A DNA stretch of 24,000 bases, taken from an uncultured Chloroflexia bacterium (GTDB taxonomy: Bacteria; Chloroflexota; Anaerolineae; Anaerolineales; UBA4823). Both the position numbers and the translations under genes were made by a program. The first letter of the stretch is position 1, and each line of letters begins with the position of its first letter. The notes under the pieces were generated by a model, which worked only from the letters and a program-made list of their open reading frames with translations, was not told the DNA's origin and made no database searches. The stretch is from positions 99,954 through 123,953 of the forward strand of contig CAVZEP010000033.1 in NCBI GenBank assembly GCA_963774275.1. The letters are read 5' to 3'. Positions 15,478-24,000 of this stretch are shown piece by piece.

Positions 15478-15993
15478 TTATTCTGGAGTGTAAGGAGCCT
15501 GGCGATCGATGTTGCCAACAAACTGCGGTAAATTAGTATGCCCCAGCATTTGCCGGATCGCTAGGTTTTCGCCAATATGGTACCAGTAATGATAAATCGT
15601 CCGCTGAAGCAAATCTCCAAATATCCGAGTCGATGGCTGGCCGTCTTTCAATACGGGATGTCCCTGCAGCTTCTCACTGGTTAAGCTTTCCAGCCAAGGG
15701 TCAGCTGCTTTTGTGATCTTATTCCAATACGCAAGCATATCACGCAGTGGGGGTGTGCTTGCAGGAGCGCCATAAGCGTAAGCATCCTGCACCTCCGGAT
15801 ATGGCATTAGTCCCTGCCCATAATATAGAAAATACCTCTGTTCCTGCCAGGCCAGATGACCCACATTCCAGCTGATGCAGTTCATCGGCAAGAGGCGCTT
15901 GCCAGCATCTTCCTGTGATAATCCTTTGAGTGCCCGCTTGAATTCTGTGCGGGTGAATTTCAATTGCAGGACGAGAGGGTGTATCGTTGTCAT
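15478..15993 (-). CDS. DinB-family (DinB_2) four-helix-bundle metalloprotein
   Basis: Size and motifs are DinB-like: SWNVGHLAWQEQRYFL, then HYWYHIGENLAIRQMLGH (a His triad spread over the helices). Confidence 0.7.
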   Translation of the reverse strand: MTTIHPLVLQLKFTRTEFKRALKGLSQEDAGKRLLPMNCISWNVGHLAWQEQRYFLYYGQGLMPYPEVQDAYAYGAPASTPPLRDMLAYWNKITKAADPWLESLTSEKLQGHPVLKDGQPSTRIFGDLLQRTIYHYWYHIGENLAIRQMLGHTNLPQFVGNIDRQAPYTPE

Positions 15994-16359
15994 TTTGTCC
16001 CTCCAATAAAAAATCGCTTACGAATTATTGAAGATTAATTTCAGCTAAAGCTGTCTCAACGTAATTATAACCATAATTGTCCAAATATCGGAAGATGTTC
16101 TTGAATTATTACGTGTGCACTTGTTGAAAACCTATTGTATCCCTGGAATTATGACTGGTTTTCGCTTTGCTTTCCATATATGATGAACCATGACGAGAGG
16201 GCATTAGCCCCCTACAACGTACGTCGACTCGCACATCAAATTTTGTCCCGCGCCCAAGACTGATCCATATACTCAACCTGATCTGGTGATTAACGCCATC
16301 CACACAATTGTTGAGCAGGTACGCGGTGAGTGTGACTCTTTACTCCTTGCAGTGAATCG

Positions 16360-17349
16360 CTATTCAGGTAAGGCTCTCTGCATGGCAGCGATTAGCTGGT
16401 CTTGAACCTCATCGTATTGCTGGTCCACCACCTGGCGTGACTTATCCTCGTCGTACCAGGCGATAATCTCCTGAGCCCCTTGCCAGAAGGGGATCACTGG
16501 GTGGAATTGTGGAACGAGCTGGCGAATCTTGCGGTTGTCGAATATCATGCTGTGGGCCTTATCGCCCAAAAGTGAATCACCCCAACGAGGGTCATAGTGG
16601 GCGATGAGCTCTGATGGAACGTGCACCAGCCGTGGTTCAACACCGGCAGCGTGAGCTACAATGGTATATATCTGGTTCCAGCTCAATGATTCATCTGAAG
16701 TGATGTGAAAGCTCTGCCCGATGGCATGTGGGTTTCCGAGCAATCCAACCAGACCGACCGCAAAATCGCGGTGGTGGGTCAGCGTCCACAGCGAAGTCCC
16801 ATCACCATGCACGATCACTTGTTTACCTGCCCGCATCCGAGCAACTGTTGTGTAACCCCCATGGAAGGGAAACAGGGTGCGATCGTACGTATGTGACGGG
16901 CGGACGACAGTGTAGGGAAAACCTTTTTCCCGTTCGTTTTGTTCCAGGATTGCTTCGCACGCCGCCTTGTCACGCGAATATTTCCAGATTGGATTATGCA
17001 AAGGCGTGCTCTCTGTGATAGGCAAACAACTTGGTGGTTTTTGGTATACCGAAGCCGAGCTGATAAATACATATTGCCGCGTGCGGTTGCGAAACAGCTC
17101 GATGTCGGATTGAATCTGGTCTGGGGTGAATGCCAGCCACTCCACCACGCTATCAAATGTCAAATCACCTATTGCCGCACTCGCATTATCCGGCTGGTGG
17201 ATATCTCCCTGCAGGTGAATTGCACCCCTGGTTTCCGGGCGCTTGCTCTGACCACGGTTCAGCAAGTAAAGCTCGATACCCATTTGGATTGCGAGCTCCG
17301 AACAGGCTGAGCTGATGACTCCGGTGCCTCCGATAAATAATACTTTCAT
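16360..17349 (-). CDS. NAD-dependent epimerase/dehydratase (extended SDR family)
   Basis: N-terminal Rossmann motif MKVLFIGGTGVISS. FISSASVY. A Y-x3-K catalytic pair in YSRDKAACE. 329 aa. Confidence 0.85.
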   Translation of the reverse strand: MKVLFIGGTGVISSACSELAIQMGIELYLLNRGQSKRPETRGAIHLQGDIHQPDNASAAIGDLTFDSVVEWLAFTPDQIQSDIELFRNRTRQYVFISSASVYQKPPSCLPITESTPLHNPIWKYSRDKAACEAILEQNEREKGFPYTVVRPSHTYDRTLFPFHGGYTTVARMRAGKQVIVHGDGTSLWTLTHHRDFAVGLVGLLGNPHAIGQSFHITSDESLSWNQIYTIVAHAAGVEPRLVHVPSELIAHYDPRWGDSLLGDKAHSMIFDNRKIRQLVPQFHPVIPFWQGAQEIIAWYDEDKSRQVVDQQYDEVQDQLIAAMQRALPE

Positions 17350-17518
17350 ATGCTATCCTTTCAGTAATTCTTCCACTTAAAACGTGGCAGGATAATTTTA
17401 CCTCGATGGGGGTGGAATGCGCATTCAATGCCCAGTTGTGGATAACCCATTCTGGCAGTTAACATTGAGCTTGAGGATTACTTCAAATCGAAGGCAGGCG
17501 GACAGTTTTTGGTTCGTT

Positions 17519-17965
17519 CTACTCAATCCAGGAATACGGATTCCAGGCTATTTCCCATAAATAACCATCCAGGTCTTGAAAATAGGCATCATATCCACCC
17601 CACTCGGTATCCTGGGGTTCTTTGGTGATGGATACACCTGCTTTCCTCAATTTCTCAATGATTTCATCGACTTCTTCCCTGGTCTTCACGTTATGTGCAA
17701 GTGTTATCCCTGAAAAACCAGTCCCGTCATTGGTAACTCTTGCATCTTCAGCAAGTTTATCTATGGGAAAAAGTGCCAGTAGCATATGCTGAAGGTTGAA
17801 AAACACGATATCACCTTCGATACCTTTATCTGAAGGAAATCCTACGATTTTTGAATAAAAGTCATAGGATTGTTGAATATTATTTACGCCAAGCGTCACA
17901 ATTGTTATTCTAGGTTCCATAATGAATGTATCTCCCTGATCTAAAACCGCCATCAGATTATGCAA
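17519..17965 (-). CDS. VOC / glyoxalase-bleomycin resistance family protein
   Basis: ITIVTLGVNNIQQSYDFYSKIVGF ... GITLAHNV ... YFQDLDGYLWEIAWNP. The likely true start is ATG 17920 (MEPRITIV). Confidence 0.8.
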   Translation of the reverse strand: MHNLMAVLDQGDTFIMEPRITIVTLGVNNIQQSYDFYSKIVGFPSDKGIEGDIVFFNLQHMLLALFPIDKLAEDARVTNDGTGFSGITLAHNVKTREEVDEIIEKLRKAGVSITKEPQDTEWGGYDAYFQDLDGYLWEIAWNPYSWIE

Positions 17966-18144
17966 TAGTAAGGTTATGCTCCAAGGCTAACCATGCTACG
18001 CGCCACCCATTGGTTATGCCGGTTGGCTGAGCGATGCACGCTTACCTCCACCCGCCCGGAACCACAACTCACGAACCTAAAAAGCCCACAATGGATATTT
18101 CTAACAATTTTACAACCAATCCAATCCCAAATAGATGCGACCTG

Positions 18145-19314
18145 TCAGGAAGTCATGCTCGTTTCGCGCTTTTTAGGCAACAGCAAAGCATTTAATAGGA
18201 TCGTAAGCGCTAGGGCAGCCAGGCTGATGGTATAAACTACCACAGGTCGGTAATTGTACAGGAATCCTGACGCAAGTGGAGCCAGGATGATCGCCAGTGC
18301 GTTCCCAGTCTCTACCAGGCCGTAGGCCAACCCAATATCACCGACTTTGACAAGCGGGCGCGCAAAGGCAAGCGTCATCGAACGGTACAGGCGAGTCCCA
18401 CCGATGAAAAGATATCCCGTAAAGAATGCCATCGTGCTTTGCCCCCGCCACATCAAAAGAGAAAAACCAGCTATCAACAGTTGCCCAACCATCATGCCGG
18501 TTGGTGGGCGTAGACCACCTAGCGAGAACATAATAACGGCAGTGCCTATGCCGGCAATCGTTCCGGTCGTTCCGATTTGCTGGAGAGAAAGGTGATGCAC
18601 TTCTTGGAGATAAATCGAGGTAAGTTGTGTCGGTAAATTTAGGGCAAATATGGTGAAGAAAACGATGACCAACAGCCCAAAGAACCGCGGATTTGCAAGT
18701 GGGCTGCTGAAGTGTATAGCGGTTTCCTTCCGATCCTGCACCGCTGAGCGCTTGGCGAGAAAGATCACCAGTGTCGAAGCCAGGAAAAGCCCGGTCGAAT
18801 ACCGAAAGACGACGGATAGACCGGCTGTTTCCGCAATCCAACCGCCCAGCATGGGTCCGGCAATCGCGCCCACCTGCAATGCGGCAGCGCTAAAGGTAAC
18901 TGCTCGTTGTACACTCCAGCTTCCCCGTATACTGGTAATGTAGCTGTTCAAAGGTGCGACGATGAATGAGGTGAAGCCAGAAACCAGCATACCGACGACA
19001 AAAACCTGCTGGGTCTGGGCAATCGCCATAATCAAAGCGGATGCGACCCCCAGGATCAAGCCGGCTCGAATCAACAGGCGCGTTCCAAATCTGTCGGAAA
19101 GATAACCGGCTGGCACCTGCACCACGGCCATGATGACTCCAATCATGCTGAGCACGACACCGATTTGCACTGTATCCATGTTCCAGCGCTGGAGCGCCAG
19201 CGGGTAAAAGTAGATAAATAATCCTTCACCCAAGCCCCAGATGAACATGGCAATCGCAATCACAGCCAGGTCACGCGGAATGCCGAAGGGTAATTGCGCC
19301 TCAGGCTTATTCAA
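18145..19314 (-). CDS. MFS transporter
   Basis: ~12 TM helices. MFS motif A between TM2 and TM3 (GYLSDRFGTRLLIRAG). 389 aa. Confidence 0.85.
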   Translation of the reverse strand: MNKPEAQLPFGIPRDLAVIAIAMFIWGLGEGLFIYFYPLALQRWNMDTVQIGVVLSMIGVIMAVVQVPAGYLSDRFGTRLLIRAGLILGVASALIMAIAQTQQVFVVGMLVSGFTSFIVAPLNSYITSIRGSWSVQRAVTFSAAALQVGAIAGPMLGGWIAETAGLSVVFRYSTGLFLASTLVIFLAKRSAVQDRKETAIHFSSPLANPRFFGLLVIVFFTIFALNLPTQLTSIYLQEVHHLSLQQIGTTGTIAGIGTAVIMFSLGGLRPPTGMMVGQLLIAGFSLLMWRGQSTMAFFTGYLFIGGTRLYRSMTLAFARPLVKVGDIGLAYGLVETGNALAIILAPLASGFLYNYRPVVVYTISLAALALTILLNALLLPKKRETSMTS

Positions 19315-19840
19315 GTGTTACCAATCTTACGGGGAAATTTAAAAGTGTTTGGTTTCATACTCGGTGATGACCTAATTTTCGTCAATGCGAACCTTGCTGC
19401 TGCGCATCTGGAAAATACCTCATTCGAAAGTAACAGCCCTCTCACTTTGGATTGTCAGGTGTAAGGATGGGATTCAACGCAGTCGCATCCAGGTGATACT
19501 AAGATACAGTTTGCTCCATTCCTTGAAATGTGTTCGCTTATTCCCATCTTCCCAGCGCGGTTTGACTTTCCGATTATATCAGTCCGATCTTTCCCCGTCT
19601 GTAAGTCTGAGGAGAAAGTGCTTTTGTAGAAATGTGTTTATCACGAAACTAACTTTGGAGCTACAAAAAGCCACATGGACATTCTAGACTTTTTACAACC
19701 AAAGGCACTCGTAACCACTGAGCATGGGGCAAACGGTACGCAGCATGGTGGAAAAAGCAGCCTGAAAGATTATTAGGAAGATCAAACAAGTTAAATTTGC
19801 CAAGCCAAAAAGCAATTGAGGGCGTATCAATGGCAGCAAG

Positions 19841-19869
19841 GGAGGGGGCGGTTTGCCTCCGCCCCCTCC
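19841..19869. terminator. GC-rich hairpin downstream of the surface-protein gene
   Basis: Perfect 11-bp stem GGAGGGGGCGG (19841-19851) / CCGCCCCCTCC (19859-19869) with a 7-nt loop. It lies 39-67 nt past the stop at 19908 on the minus strand. There is no clean U-tract, so intrinsic-terminator function is uncertain. Confidence 0.45.
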
Positions 19870-19907
19870 AGGATGATTAAGTGTGTTTAGTTACGCACTC
19901 ATGCCTA

Positions 19908-21950
19908 TCATTCCGTGCCGGTATTATTTTTCAACACCAATGGGAGGAAAATATACCAATCACCATGGATCACTGCGGTTATGACTGCTTCTCCCATAAC
20001 CACTGAAGGCAATTCAGCGCACTTCACACCATATACTTCGTTGACTATTTCATCCCCATCTGTCAACGTTTGGCTAACCGATACAACCAGTTTTACAGTC
20101 AGACTGCTGGTGGTAGCTACAGTCAGGTTATCCCATTGCACCAGGTCCCCTACCAGAGTGCCACCCGAATCGGCTGAGAAAAAAGTAGTGTTCTCGGGTA
20201 GGGTATCAGTAATGGAGACTGCGGTGGCATCGGCATCACCTGTGTTTTCCACGGTTATCGTGTAGGTTAACAACCCGCCGGCTTCTACCACCGCCACATT
20301 TGCAGTCTTGGTGATATTTAGATTCGGCACAGGCTTATGCACCACTGCGGTTGTGACCGCTTCTCCCATCACAGCTGAAGGCAGTTCAGCGCACTCCACA
20401 CTGTAGACTTCGTTGATAATTTCATCTCCATCTGTCAACGTTTGACTTACCAATACTACCCACGTGACGGTCTGACTGCTGTTGGGGGCTATTGTCAGGC
20501 TATCCCATTGCACCTGATCTCCTACCAGAACACCACCTGAGTCGGCTGAAACAAAGGCAGTGTTCTCAGGAAGGGTATCAGCGATGAAGACTTCGGTGGC
20601 GTCGGCATATCCCATGTTTTCCACGGTTATTGTGTAGGTTAGCAGACTCCCGGCTTCCACCACCTCCAGGTTTGCTGTCTTGGTAATACTCAAATCCGGT
20701 TCAGGCACGCTGCCGCTCGACGCACCCCACGAACTTGTTGAAAGATTTACTTCATTTTCCCGGAAGAGTATTGGCAACGCGAGTACTGAGCCACTATTTT
20801 CTACCACAGCATAATAGATCCCGTCATAACCCTGCCAGGTGAACACCGCGTTATCGTCAGCGTCTCGGGTCAACGAGATGTAATAGTTCTCATTAGATCG
20901 TGGGTTTGTGAAACCAGTTTGCCATACCAGCCTGGCCGAAGACCACCCCTCAAACTCGTGCATTTCCATGATGACCTGGTGAGGGCCAGCCGTGAGTGGT
21001 ACAGAAGCTATCCAGCTATTGCAGCACTCACCCCAATGATCCATGATGAGCACACCGTCAATAAACAAGCGGCTGCCATCATCACTCGACATGATGAATT
21101 GATAGGTATTTTCTGTCAGGGTGATGGTGCTTGTCCAGCGTGCTGAGAAATGGTCGTAGTTAACAGCTGGGTCGGGAGAGCCGCTAAACCATTCAAAATC
21201 AATTGTGCTGTCAGTGCGAGTCCAGGCGGCTGGTTCGGTCAGGGTTTCGTTGTTGTAGTACCGTGCTTCCCATCCCACCTCACCCTGGTTGTTCAGCGAG
21301 AAGAGAATATCATATGAGCTGTCCAGTACAGCATATTTGACCTGCCTGCCCCAATCGGGATAATAACCATACTCTCCCCAGGCGATGACCGTATTTCCAT
21401 TGCGCAGCCCGACCGCGTCGGAATAATCAACATCATAGCTGGACTGGCTCAATTGGGTGATCGGATAAATAATGTCCCCGGCGCTGTCCAGGACGGCATA
21501 GAAGATTTGGTTACCTGTGTCACCACTGCCCTCCCAGGTGATTAGTATGTTGCCATTCTCCAGGCGGTTGGCACGAGGAGCATAGTCGTAACCCCCAGGA
21601 TCATTATTTGTCAGGTTGGTCGGCCCGCTGAGCAGGCTGCCGCTGCTGTCCAGGATGGCATAATAAACATCTTCTATATTGTTTATTTCGACGTATTGGT
21701 ACCAGGTGATGAAAAAGCGCCCATCGCCAAAGGCTGCTGTCGAGGGCTGATAATCTCGGATCGTCCAATTGGTATTAGCTGTTAGTGGGGTAGGTGCAAG
21801 TACCTCCTCACCCGCTGGTCCACGCACAGCATAATAGATATTGTAGAACCAGTTGCCCGTATTATCAGCCTCATAACGATACCAGGCAAGGAGCACATTT
21901 CCATTCGTCTGGGCTACAGAGGGGGAGGGATTATAGTCATAGGTGTACAT
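19908..21950 (-). CDS. C-terminal portion of a giant secreted/surface protein: repeat blades, a PA14 domain and 2x DUF11 repeats
   Basis: ~55-aa blades with the pattern Y-x-P-x-[VA]-A-x4-G-N-x-[LI]-[LI]-x-W ... [IV]-[FY]-Y-A-[VI]-[LV]-D-x-x-G. PA14 (~20919-21275): WEARYYNN...IDFEWFSGSP...DHFSARWTSTITL..TYQF...SDDGSRLFIDG...GPHQVIMEMHEFEGWSSARLVW. Two DUF11 copies (ITKTAN..VVEAG..LTYTITVEN.G.ADAT...TDTLPENT). The track ORF extends to 22145, but residues upstream of M66 (21950) look like out-of-frame junk. Confidence 0.7.
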   Translation of the reverse strand: MYTYDYNPSPSVAQTNGNVLLAWYRYEADNTGNWFYNIYYAVRGPAGEEVLAPTPLTANTNWTIRDYQPSTAAFGDGRFFITWYQYVEINNIEDVYYAILDSSGSLLSGPTNLTNNDPGGYDYAPRANRLENGNILITWEGSGDTGNQIFYAVLDSAGDIIYPITQLSQSSYDVDYSDAVGLRNGNTVIAWGEYGYYPDWGRQVKYAVLDSSYDILFSLNNQGEVGWEARYYNNETLTEPAAWTRTDSTIDFEWFSGSPDPAVNYDHFSARWTSTITLTENTYQFIMSSDDGSRLFIDGVLIMDHWGECCNSWIASVPLTAGPHQVIMEMHEFEGWSSARLVWQTGFTNPRSNENYYISLTRDADDNAVFTWQGYDGIYYAVVENSGSVLALPILFRENEVNLSTSSWGASSGSVPEPDLSITKTANLEVVEAGSLLTYTITVENMGYADATEVFIADTLPENTAFVSADSGGVLVGDQVQWDSLTIAPNSSQTVTWVVLVSQTLTDGDEIINEVYSVECAELPSAVMGEAVTTAVVHKPVPNLNITKTANVAVVEAGGLLTYTITVENTGDADATAVSITDTLPENTTFFSADSGGTLVGDLVQWDNLTVATTSSLTVKLVVSVSQTLTDGDEIVNEVYGVKCAELPSVVMGEAVITAVIHGDWYIFLPLVLKNNTGTE
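19962..20705 (-). repeat. Tandem 2 x 372-bp direct repeat (duplicated DUF11 domain inside the CDS)
   Basis: Copy B (19962-20333) and copy A (20334-20705) align colinearly at the DNA level. Long identical runs include ttcatc.ccatctgtcaacgtttg and cactgcggtt.tgac.gcttctcccat. By eye, roughly four-fifths of bases are identical. Each encodes a 124-aa DUF11-type module. Confidence 0.8.
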
Positions 21951-24000
21951 GAGTGGCGCTGATATTATCAGAGACCTGGATGACCGGGATAACTTGATTG
22001 CCGTCAGCATCATGGGCAGCGTATTCGATATTGTAGTAATAATAACCATAGTCATTGTAGTTCCCGGCACCAGTCCAGGCAGAGATGATGTTTTCACGCG
22101 GGTAGGCAGCCACCGCTGGAGGACCATTCTGATAGGCGTCATCATCCGTCACATTGACTGGGATGATCCCCCCCGGACGAACAATGTCCAGGTATTCTTC
22201 AGGATCATAGAAATAGTTTGAAATCTCATAATCCATGTAAGACTGTACCCAGGGTGACGTCAGTATGGCTGTGCTTAGTGAGGCTGTGTCAAAGATTGTG
22301 GGTGAGGTGACTGAACGGGCATAGATAGTCGCTGCGTCGGAATCGCCAACCTCTACGTCGGCTGGTGGCTCCACCTTGACGGTGAAGATGAATGTCTCTA
22401 GATCTAACAGTAGACCGGTGCTATCGATCTGGGTATCACCGTCCCAGAATGTAGTATTCCATAAATTGCCTTCAACCGACAGGTCGAAAGAGTCTTCAGC
22501 CATCATATAATTGGTCACTGTCTGGGTATAGACGGTGGTTGCTCCGGAAGGGATTAATCTCTCCTGGTATGAGGGGTCGATGGCGAATCCTGGTTCACGG
22601 CAGACGATAAACTGATAATCATAGTAGATTAAATCGTTATTGTCCTGATCATTCAACTGCACATGCACCTGGGTGTAAGTCGGCGGGATGAAGACCTGGT
22701 CAACGAGCAAACCGCTACTGCCATACGATTGTTGGGCAATCATTTCCCATCCGGGGGCTATGGGGTTGTAGCCTAGAACGCTGGCGTCAAGCGTATCGTT
22801 GTCTTGGCTGTACGCATAAATTCTCGTATAAGCAAACTTTTGACCTCCATAGTCGTAGATGTCGTCCAGGTCGCCATAAGTCTCATCCGACCGCCCGCTG
22901 AAGGTGAGCGCAGGGCTGCAGACAGCTGTTGTGTTGATAGTAGCTGTGTCAGAATAAACTGTTGGGGATATGTCTGAAGTAGCCTCAATGATAGCATCAT
23001 CTGAGTCACCATTTGCAGCACCAGGTGGGATGTCCACTGTTACCACAACAGGCACCACCTGCCCATCGGCAAGTAGCCCAGTATTAGCAGGGTCGATGCT
23101 GGTTGGCCAATCGTTGTTTATCAGGGACAGGCTGAAGCTGTCTTCAGAACCTGTGTTGTTGTGCAGGTCGAAGGTGTAGACAGCCTGCTCACCCGCTGGT
23201 TTGATAACTTGTTGTTCGGGTGGCCAGAGCCAGGCGCCATCAGGATAATAGAATTGGACTGCAAAGTCATTGCGCGGGTTATCGGTATATTGGAGATAGC
23301 TATACCATGAAGAAAGGTACGGCATATAAGTATATCCACCATAATAATAATCCCACCAGCTGAAATCACTCGCATAGCGCACCAGGATATCACCGTTCTC
23401 ATAGAGAATGACCTGCGATGTCGTTGTGGTGCCATAGCTATAATTCAAGACATCCTGGTATTGAATGATAAAGCGCTCCGGGCTGCTGATGGTATCTGAG
23501 TAGACGTAGATACTGCCGCTGTCACGATCTATATAGTCCATCCAATAGATAGCGCCAGACGGGTACTGTTGACCAAAAGCGAGATGGGTATAATTGTAAT
23601 AACAGTATAGGCAGTCGCCATAGAGTACGGTTTGGCTGTAGGGGATGCCGTAATAGGGGAAGTTGAAGGGCATCGTGGCAGTATAGTAAGATGAGCCAGC
23701 AAAGTCAACCAGGGTGCCAATCCCACTGATGTCCTCAAATGTGGGGTCGGGACCATCCGGCTCATCAGAGTCAAGAAAGGTATAACCAAAAGCATCCGGA
23801 CCACCCCAGTCTTCCGGAGATACGGAATCGAGGTTTTCTTTCATCATGCTAGGGAGTTCTGCACCGGACGCCAGCATCTTTTGCCAGCCTGGTGGAATAT
23901 CCTCGCCAAAGATTGCTTTTAGTTCTGCCGCTGCTTCAGAACTTCCTGATTCCCTCTCCTGATCAGGTAGAGGGCGCTCACCGGGGTTCACCTCATCAAA
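21937..24000 (-). CDS. N-terminal/central portion of the same giant surface protein (5' end outside the window)
   Basis: The frame is open to base 24000; the track 'M' at 23991 is an internal GTG. Tyr/Trp-rich N-terminal domain. Two Ig-like modules resembling CARDB/NEW3 domains, each built around an acidic DSFxLS strand with a later GDSD motif (...EDSFSLSLINNDWPTSI...GDSDDAIIEATS and ...EDSFDLSVEGNLWNTTF...GDSDAATIYARS). It ends with the first copy of the blade repeat that continues in the next ORF. Confidence 0.7.
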   Translation of the reverse strand, partial: FDEVNPGERPLPDQERESGSSEAAAELKAIFGEDIPPGWQKMLASGAELPSMMKENLDSVSPEDWGGPDAFGYTFLDSDEPDGPDPTFEDISGIGTLVDFAGSSYYTATMPFNFPYYGIPYSQTVLYGDCLYCYYNYTHLAFGQQYPSGAIYWMDYIDRDSGSIYVYSDTISSPERFIIQYQDVLNYSYGTTTTSQVILYENGDILVRYASDFSWWDYYYGGYTYMPYLSSWYSYLQYTDNPRNDFAVQFYYPDGAWLWPPEQQVIKPAGEQAVYTFDLHNNTGSEDSFSLSLINNDWPTSIDPANTGLLADGQVVPVVVTVDIPPGAANGDSDDAIIEATSDISPTVYSDTATINTTAVCSPALTFSGRSDETYGDLDDIYDYGGQKFAYTRIYAYSQDNDTLDASVLGYNPIAPGWEMIAQQSYGSSGLLVDQVFIPPTYTQVHVQLNDQDNNDLIYYDYQFIVCREPGFAIDPSYQERLIPSGATTVYTQTVTNYMMAEDSFDLSVEGNLWNTTFWDGDTQIDSTGLLLDLETFIFTVKVEPPADVEVGDSDAATIYARSVTSPTIFDTASLSTAILTSPWVQSYMDYEISNYFYDPEEYLDIVRPGGIIPVNVTDDDAYQNGPPAVAAYPRENIISAWTGAGNYNDYGYYYYNIEYAAHDADGNQVIPVIQVSDNISATHVHL

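Noticed and set aside
19385-19687. 100-aa plus-strand ORF in the long gap.
   Set aside because: Arg/Leu/Ser/Cys-rich non-protein-like composition, no RBS and no family resemblance.
19962-20705. Tandem 372-bp repeat as a possible CRISPR, mobile-element or satellite feature.
   Set aside because: Both copies are in frame inside one CDS and encode complete DUF11 modules. There are no spacers, terminal inverted repeats or transposase. It is a domain duplication.
21951-22145. First 65 codons of track ORF 19908-22145 (MMTPIRMVLQRWLPTRVKTSS...).
   Set aside because: The composition is junk-like, while the overlapping frame of ORF 21937-23991 carries a recognisable repeat blade here. I treat it as out-of-frame read-through upstream of a frameshift.

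Overview
Densely coding 24-kb window of about 50% GC. I found no rRNA, tRNA, CRISPR array, transposase or integrase. Gene content suggests a monoderm-type, possibly Chloroflexota/Anaerolineae-like genome: heliorhodopsin, a giant PA14/DUF11 surface protein and an ECF sigma pair. That placement is inference only.

The most interesting part is a minus-strand light island at 5781-11760. It reads crtB (frameshifted) - crtI, then a promoter/operator gap, then heliorhodopsin, then a CarH/LitR-type B12 photoreceptor regulator 68 bp downstream, then a Trp-rich TspO-like membrane protein. The gap upstream of the heliorhodopsin holds four phased 11-bp direct repeats matching the CarH operator consensus nAnnTnnACAn, laid over a sigma70-like promoter.

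Second highlight: the ORF track splits a peroxiredoxin-like gene at an in-frame TGA (1402-1404). That TGA sits at the first position of a UxxC redox motif and is followed by a SECIS-like hairpin, so it is probably a selenoprotein.

Other content:
- a 5'-truncated phosphoesterase
- a lipoprotein
- an ECF sigma / membrane anti-sigma pair
- an Er-VIT1 (MbfA-like) iron exporter
- a sulfite-oxidase-like Moco enzyme + FNR-like reductase + DUF6510 trio
- PCD, DinB, an SDR epimerase, a VOC protein and an MFS transporter
- a surface protein of more than 1360 aa, interrupted by a frameshift and running off the window

Three apparent +1 frameshifts (two in crtB, one in the surface protein) mean either assembly indel errors or real gene decay.
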